A stretch of DNA of 64,000 nt from Anaerolineae bacterium (GTDB lineage: Bacteria > Chloroflexota > Anaerolineae > CG2-30-64-16), in contig JAXGYZ010000011.1 in assembly GCA_040772005.1 (NCBI GenBank), positions 45,228 through 109,227 of the forward strand. The letters are read 5' to 3'. Within the stretch, counting starts at the first letter, position 1. The number at the start of each line of letters is the position of its first letter. Shown piece by piece: positions 60,541 to 64,000 of this stretch. A model generated the notes under the pieces. That model was not told the DNA's origin. It searched no databases and was given only the letters and a program-made list of their open reading frames with translations. The position numbers and the translations under genes are program-made.

Positions 60541-61197
60541 CTATCGATGGCAGGTCGAGCAGTCAGTTCTTGCGTTCACCTGATACTCGACGACAAGCTG
60601 TCGCCCGAGCTCAAGCTGGTTGGCCGGCGGCACCCAGTTCACGTTGAAGACCTCTGCGCGCGGCCGGAGGTACTTCTCCGGTGCGCGGTGGCAGTCGAGG
60701 CACCAGTTCATCAACAGGGTGCTTTCCTGCCAGGTGAGGGCCATATCCTGGACCGGGCCGTGACAGGTGGTGCAGCCGACGCCTTTCGCCAGGTGGGCGC
60801 TGTGGTCGAAGTACGCAAAGTCGGCCAGGTTGTGGACGCGCACCCACTGCACCGACTGGCCTGTCCGGTAGGCTTCGCGGATAGGTTCCAGGATGGCCGC
60901 GGTGACGTGCAACTGCGAATGGCAGTTCATGCAGGTGGCGATGGGGGGGATGCCCGCAAAGCGGGATTCCTCGACTGCGGTGTGACAGTAGCGGCAATCG
61001 AGGCCGACGTTGCCGACGTGGGTGCGGTGAGCGAACTGCACCGGCTGCTCCACGTGGACGCGCTGCTCGGTGTTATAAGGCGAGCGGATGTACGCAAAGC
61101 CGGTTGCCACGAGGACAACAACCAGCAGCAGCCCACCCACAATCGAAGCCCGAGCAATGACGTTTGCGCTGGGACCGAAGATCTGTCGCATTGGCAC
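60541..61197 (-). CDS. actA: Alternative Complex III pentaheme cytochrome c ActA
   Basis: N-terminal TM anchor and five CxxCH motifs (CRYCH, CMNCH, CTTCH, CLDCH, CSTCH). Confidence 0.88.
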   Translation of the reverse strand: MPMRQIFGPSANVIARASIVGGLLLVVVLVATGFAYIRSPYNTEQRVHVEQPVQFAHRTHVGNVGLDCRYCHTAVEESRFAGIPPIATCMNCHSQLHVTAAILEPIREAYRTGQSVQWVRVHNLADFAYFDHSAHLAKGVGCTTCHGPVQDMALTWQESTLLMNWCLDCHRAPEKYLRPRAEVFNVNWVPPANQLELGRQLVVEYQVNARTDCSTCHR

Positions 61198-61307
61198 TCT
61201 TCCGATTCAGCACGCGCGAGTGAATTTGCCCTGTCAGATGGCGGAGGTCGCTGCGCCCCGTCAGGACAGCCGTCTACGCACAAGCGAAACATTTTTTATG
61301 AGAACGA

Positions 61308-61341
61308 ACAAGCTTAACCCAAGCTAAGGACAAGCTTAACC
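61308..61341. promoter_or_regulatory. Direct repeat ACAAGCTTAACC x2 (22-bp periodicity) upstream of actA
   Basis: Identical 12-mers at 61308 and 61330, each containing the AAGCTT palindrome. Confidence 0.35.
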
Positions 61342-61439
61342 GAAGTTGAGAAAAAGTCAAGTGGTTTGCCCCCGCTTTCAGAATCTGCTATGATCATTTC
61401 TCTGACCCCGGACCTTTCTTCTGGCGGAGCCTGGTGTAG

Positions 61440-61880
61440 ATGAGCGTTGAGCCCAAAGCGAAAACGAAGTGGCGCAGGCACTGGCTGATGTGGATAAGCG
61501 TACTCGCCGCCATCGGCGTCATCCTGTTCGTGTGGGCCGGGCCATCCCTGGCCGTCCGCCGCTACCTGGCGCGCACGTACACGCAAGACCTGGCGCCGCA
61601 GCGTGTGAGCACGCGCGTGCTCATGCCTGGGCTTGCGCGGGTCGTCGTGCGCGTGGAAGCGTTCTTTCGCTATGATCCCGATTACGGCAACGACCGCGCG
61701 GCGCGCGACGGTGCCGTCTACCGCGGTGATGTGACTCTGGTACGCAAGGGACTGCGGTGGGTGCCGGCGGAGGGTGGGGTGTTGTCCAGCGGGGCGACGT
61801 ACGGCCTGTTCAACGGGCACTGGTTCGCGGTGGACCCGGAGGTGGAGCGGCTGCGCGCGCCCGATGATGCTTGCGGCTGA
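61440..61880 (+). CDS. Membrane-anchored hypothetical protein
   Basis: One N-terminal TM (WLMWISVLAAIGVILFVWAG) and a protein-like composition. The overlapping minus-strand ORF looks like a GC shadow. Confidence 0.5.
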   Translation: MSVEPKAKTKWRRHWLMWISVLAAIGVILFVWAGPSLAVRRYLARTYTQDLAPQRVSTRVLMPGLARVVVRVEAFFRYDPDYGNDRAARDGAVYRGDVTLVRKGLRWVPAEGGVLSSGATYGLFNGHWFAVDPEVERLRAPDDACG

Positions 61881-61920
61881 CCGGGCCATTAGCAGCCGGT
61901 CGGCTGCCAGAGAGCGATAT

Positions 61921-61952
61921 GCGGAGTGGGCATCCTCAGATGCCCACTCCGC
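61921..61952. terminator. Perfect 14-bp-stem hairpin between convergent genes
   Basis: gcggagtgggcatc-ctca-gatgcccactccgc. Confidence 0.6.
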
Positions 61953-61963
61953 GTTCCCCAAAA

Positions 61964-62938
61964 CTACAGCCCCATCAGGAATTGGAACACGATGTCATTC
62001 ACGCCGGGCAGGCCCTCGTGGCCGAAGTCCGGGTAGATGGCCATGCGCTTGGGCGAGGTGATTTTGTTGTAGGCCGCGAACTGGCTGGACGGCGGGCAAA
62101 TCTGGTCCATCAGCCCAATCGGCCAGAGCACCTCCGAGCGGATGCGCGGGGCGAGGTGCTGGATATCCACGTAGCCGAGCTGCTCGAAGACGGCCGCTTC
62201 CTGCTCGTGGCGCGGGTCGAAGAGGCGGAAGAAGGTGCGCAACTCCTCATAGGCGTCCTTCGCCAGGTCCATCTGCCAGACGCGCAGGTAATCGCTGAGG
62301 AAGGGGAAGATGGGCGCGGCGCGCTTGATGCGCGGCTCCAGCGCCATGCACGCGACCGTGAGTGCGCCGCCCTGGCTGCCGCCGGTCGCGCCGACGCGCG
62401 TCGCATCCACGCCCGGCATGTCCATGACGATGCGCGCCAGTTCTGCGGTGTCGAGGAAAATCTGACGGAACAGCAGCTTGTCAGGCCGGCCGGCCAGCGC
62501 ATCGGCCAGCCCGCGGATGATGTGGCCGCGGTGCGTGTTGCCGACCACGTCGCTGTTGTCCTCAGACAGGCCGCCCTGCCCGCGGCAGTCCAGCGCAGCC
62601 ACGGTGTAGCCCGCGCCGACATAGCCGAGCTTATCGAACCAGTCGCCGGAGTGCCCGCTGTAGCCGTGGAACATCACGACCGCCGGGGCAGCAGATGCGG
62701 TGTGCCTGGGCCGCAGGAGCTTGGCGTGCACGCGCGCGCCGCCGACGCCGGTGAAGTACAGGTGGAAGCATTCGGCGCCCGGCGCCTGGAACTCCGCAGG
62801 CACGAGTTCCACTTGCGGGTCGAGCGCGTGCATCTCCGCCAGCGCGGCGTCCCAGTAGGCGTCGAAATCTGCCGGTCGCGGATTGATGCCCTGGTAGGTC
62901 TGGAGCTTGTCGAGCGGGAAATCGAAGGTGAGTGGCAT
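61964..62938 (-). CDS. Acetyl xylan esterase / cephalosporin-C deacetylase (CE7)
   Basis: FDFPLDKLQTY...PADFDAYW N-terminus; nucleophile elbow GGSQGG; C-terminal HE motif (FGHEG). Confidence 0.85.
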   Translation of the reverse strand: MPLTFDFPLDKLQTYQGINPRPADFDAYWDAALAEMHALDPQVELVPAEFQAPGAECFHLYFTGVGGARVHAKLLRPRHTASAAPAVVMFHGYSGHSGDWFDKLGYVGAGYTVAALDCRGQGGLSEDNSDVVGNTHRGHIIRGLADALAGRPDKLLFRQIFLDTAELARIVMDMPGVDATRVGATGGSQGGALTVACMALEPRIKRAAPIFPFLSDYLRVWQMDLAKDAYEELRTFFRLFDPRHEQEAAVFEQLGYVDIQHLAPRIRSEVLWPIGLMDQICPPSSQFAAYNKITSPKRMAIYPDFGHEGLPGVNDIVFQFLMGL

Positions 62939-62975
62939 GAGAACTCCTGTGATGGGTAAGGGATGTACAGAAAGC

Positions 62976-63569
62976 TTACGACTTGACGTTGCGTCGTCGC
63001 TGTACCATCGTCTCCACGGTCTCGCGCCAGCGACGCTTGGCGTCTGATGGTTGGCCTGAATTCAGACTATCGAGCAGCTCAAGCACGCTCTCGTGGCTGC
63101 CCTCAATCAGGTTGTTACCGACCGATCGGTTCGGCAGATTCTGCTTCAAGTCCCAGTGGAAGGCATGTATCAGTTGGTCGATGCAGACCATCCGCGCTTG
63201 CGGTGAACGTGCGCGCGGGTAGGCGTCAACGTATGCCTGGAACGCGGGCAAGGCGTTGCTTCCAATGAGGTCCCGATGACGCCATGACAGATGATAGTCC
63301 TGGCGCGGTGTCTGCCAGCCGCAATCGGGCGTCGGGCAGGTAACCGGGTCCGGCTCGGTGGCCGACCAGTTGCCCAGGCTGAACACCTGGTGGCAGCGCG
63401 GGCATTCGACTTCGTGATGACTGACCATGAGGATGGCCTGGCAGCGTAACCACAAGGAGAAACCGACATCCTCCACTAACCCTTCATCGACGGTGCCGCG
63501 GGCGTCATTTTGATAAAGCTGCCAGATTCTGGCCTGCGTAATCTTGGGCGCCCAGCGAATCTTCTCCAT
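62976..63569 (-). CDS. Hypothetical protein with a 4-Cys zinc-ribbon-like motif
   Basis: CPRCH...(19)...CPTPDC. No family recognised. Confidence 0.45.
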   Translation of the reverse strand: MEKIRWAPKITQARIWQLYQNDARGTVDEGLVEDVGFSLWLRCQAILMVSHHEVECPRCHQVFSLGNWSATEPDPVTCPTPDCGWQTPRQDYHLSWRHRDLIGSNALPAFQAYVDAYPRARSPQARMVCIDQLIHAFHWDLKQNLPNRSVGNNLIEGSHESVLELLDSLNSGQPSDAKRRWRETVETMVQRRRNVKS

Positions 63570-63578
63570 CGAGCTGGC

Positions 63579-64000
63579 TCAGGCATTACAAAGCTGGAAC
63601 GCGCTGCGCAGCGCGGCCAGACCGTCGCCCTTCGGGATGAACTCCTGGCCGACGAACCCGGCGTAACCCGTCTCTGCAAGCGCGGCCATGATGGGCGGGT
63701 AGCACAGCTCCTGAGTGTCGTCCAGGTCGCGGCGGCCCGGGTTGCCCGCAGTATGGACATGGCCGATGTGCGGCGCAATCTGCCGGATGGTGCGGATGAT
63801 GTCGCCTTCCATGATTTGCATGTGGTAGATGTCGTAGAGCAGCTTGACCGACGGGGAGTTGACCAGGGTCGTCACGAGCACGCCCCATGCGCTGTGATCG
63901 CACTGGTAGTCGATGTGGTCCACTTTCGAGTTGAGCAGTTCGAGGACCAGCGTGACGCCCGCGGCCTCCGCGAGCGGCGCGAGCCGGCCCAAGCCCTCCG
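63579..64000 (-). CDS. Xylose-isomerase-like TIM-barrel protein, hydroxypyruvate isomerase family (5' end outside window)
   Basis: [46 protein letters not shown]. Confidence 0.75.
   Translation of the reverse strand, partial: EGLGRLAPLAEAAGVTLVLELLNSKVDHIDYQCDHSAWGVLVTTLVNSPSVKLLYDIYHMQIMEGDIIRTIRQIAPHIGHVHTAGNPGRRDLDDTQELCYPPIMAALAETGYAGFVGQEFIPKGDGLAALRSAFQLCNA

Noticed and set aside
61314-61961. 215-aa minus-strand ORF overlapping the 61440-61880 gene.
   Set aside because: Its composition is Arg/His/Ala-rich and motif-less. The plus-strand ORF has a TM helix and protein-like composition.

Overview
GC-rich (by eye about two-thirds G+C, not computed) bacterial chromosomal segment. The gene content (Alternative Complex III + caa3 oxidase, group-3d-like Hox hydrogenase, many secreted glycan-active proteins) fits a facultatively aerobic Chloroflexota-like organism; that placement is inference only. 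I support about 56 protein-coding genes and found no rRNA, tRNA, CRISPR array, transposase or integrase.

Layout:
- 1-2789: PcrA/UvrD helicase interrupted by an intein.
- 3.1-18.8 kb: accessory carbohydrate and miscellaneous genes (orphan solute-binding protein, two class II aldolases, GH29 fucosidase, beta-helix lipoprotein, PhyH dioxygenase, DUF1080, desaturase, cupin).
- 18.8-19.4 kb: decayed gene remnant plus structured repeats.
- 19.46-25.43 kb: hypABFCDE (+), converging on 34.43-25.47 kb hoxE / 2Fe-2S gene / rubrerythrin-like gene / hoxF-gltD fusion / extended hoxU / hoxY / hoxH / hoxW (-).
- 34.8-36.3 kb: yifB/comM.
- 36.4-39.7 kb: Phd-VapC toxin-antitoxin pair plus a PstI/BsuBI-type restriction-modification pair.
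- 39.9-45.5 kb: iron module (collagen-stalked decaheme cytochrome lipoprotein, feoB, fur-feoA fusion).
- 45.6-48.4 kb: leuS with an attenuator-like leader.
- 48.4-61.2 kb: one co-directional respiratory array ctaFEDC-sco-orf-actFEDCBA.
- 61.4-64 kb: miscellaneous genes (CE7 esterase, Zn-ribbon protein, partial sugar-phosphate isomerase).

Most interesting candidates: the Hox hydrogenase whose diaphorase carries a NuoF-GltD fusion and a NuoG-like HoxU; the lipid-anchored decaheme cytochrome on a 14-triplet collagen-like stalk; the Fur-FeoA fusion with its operator; the intein with a possible GIY-YIG-like core; a 70-bp palindromic repeat family; and the leuS leader. All protein calls rest on motif recognition by eye, since no searches could be run.
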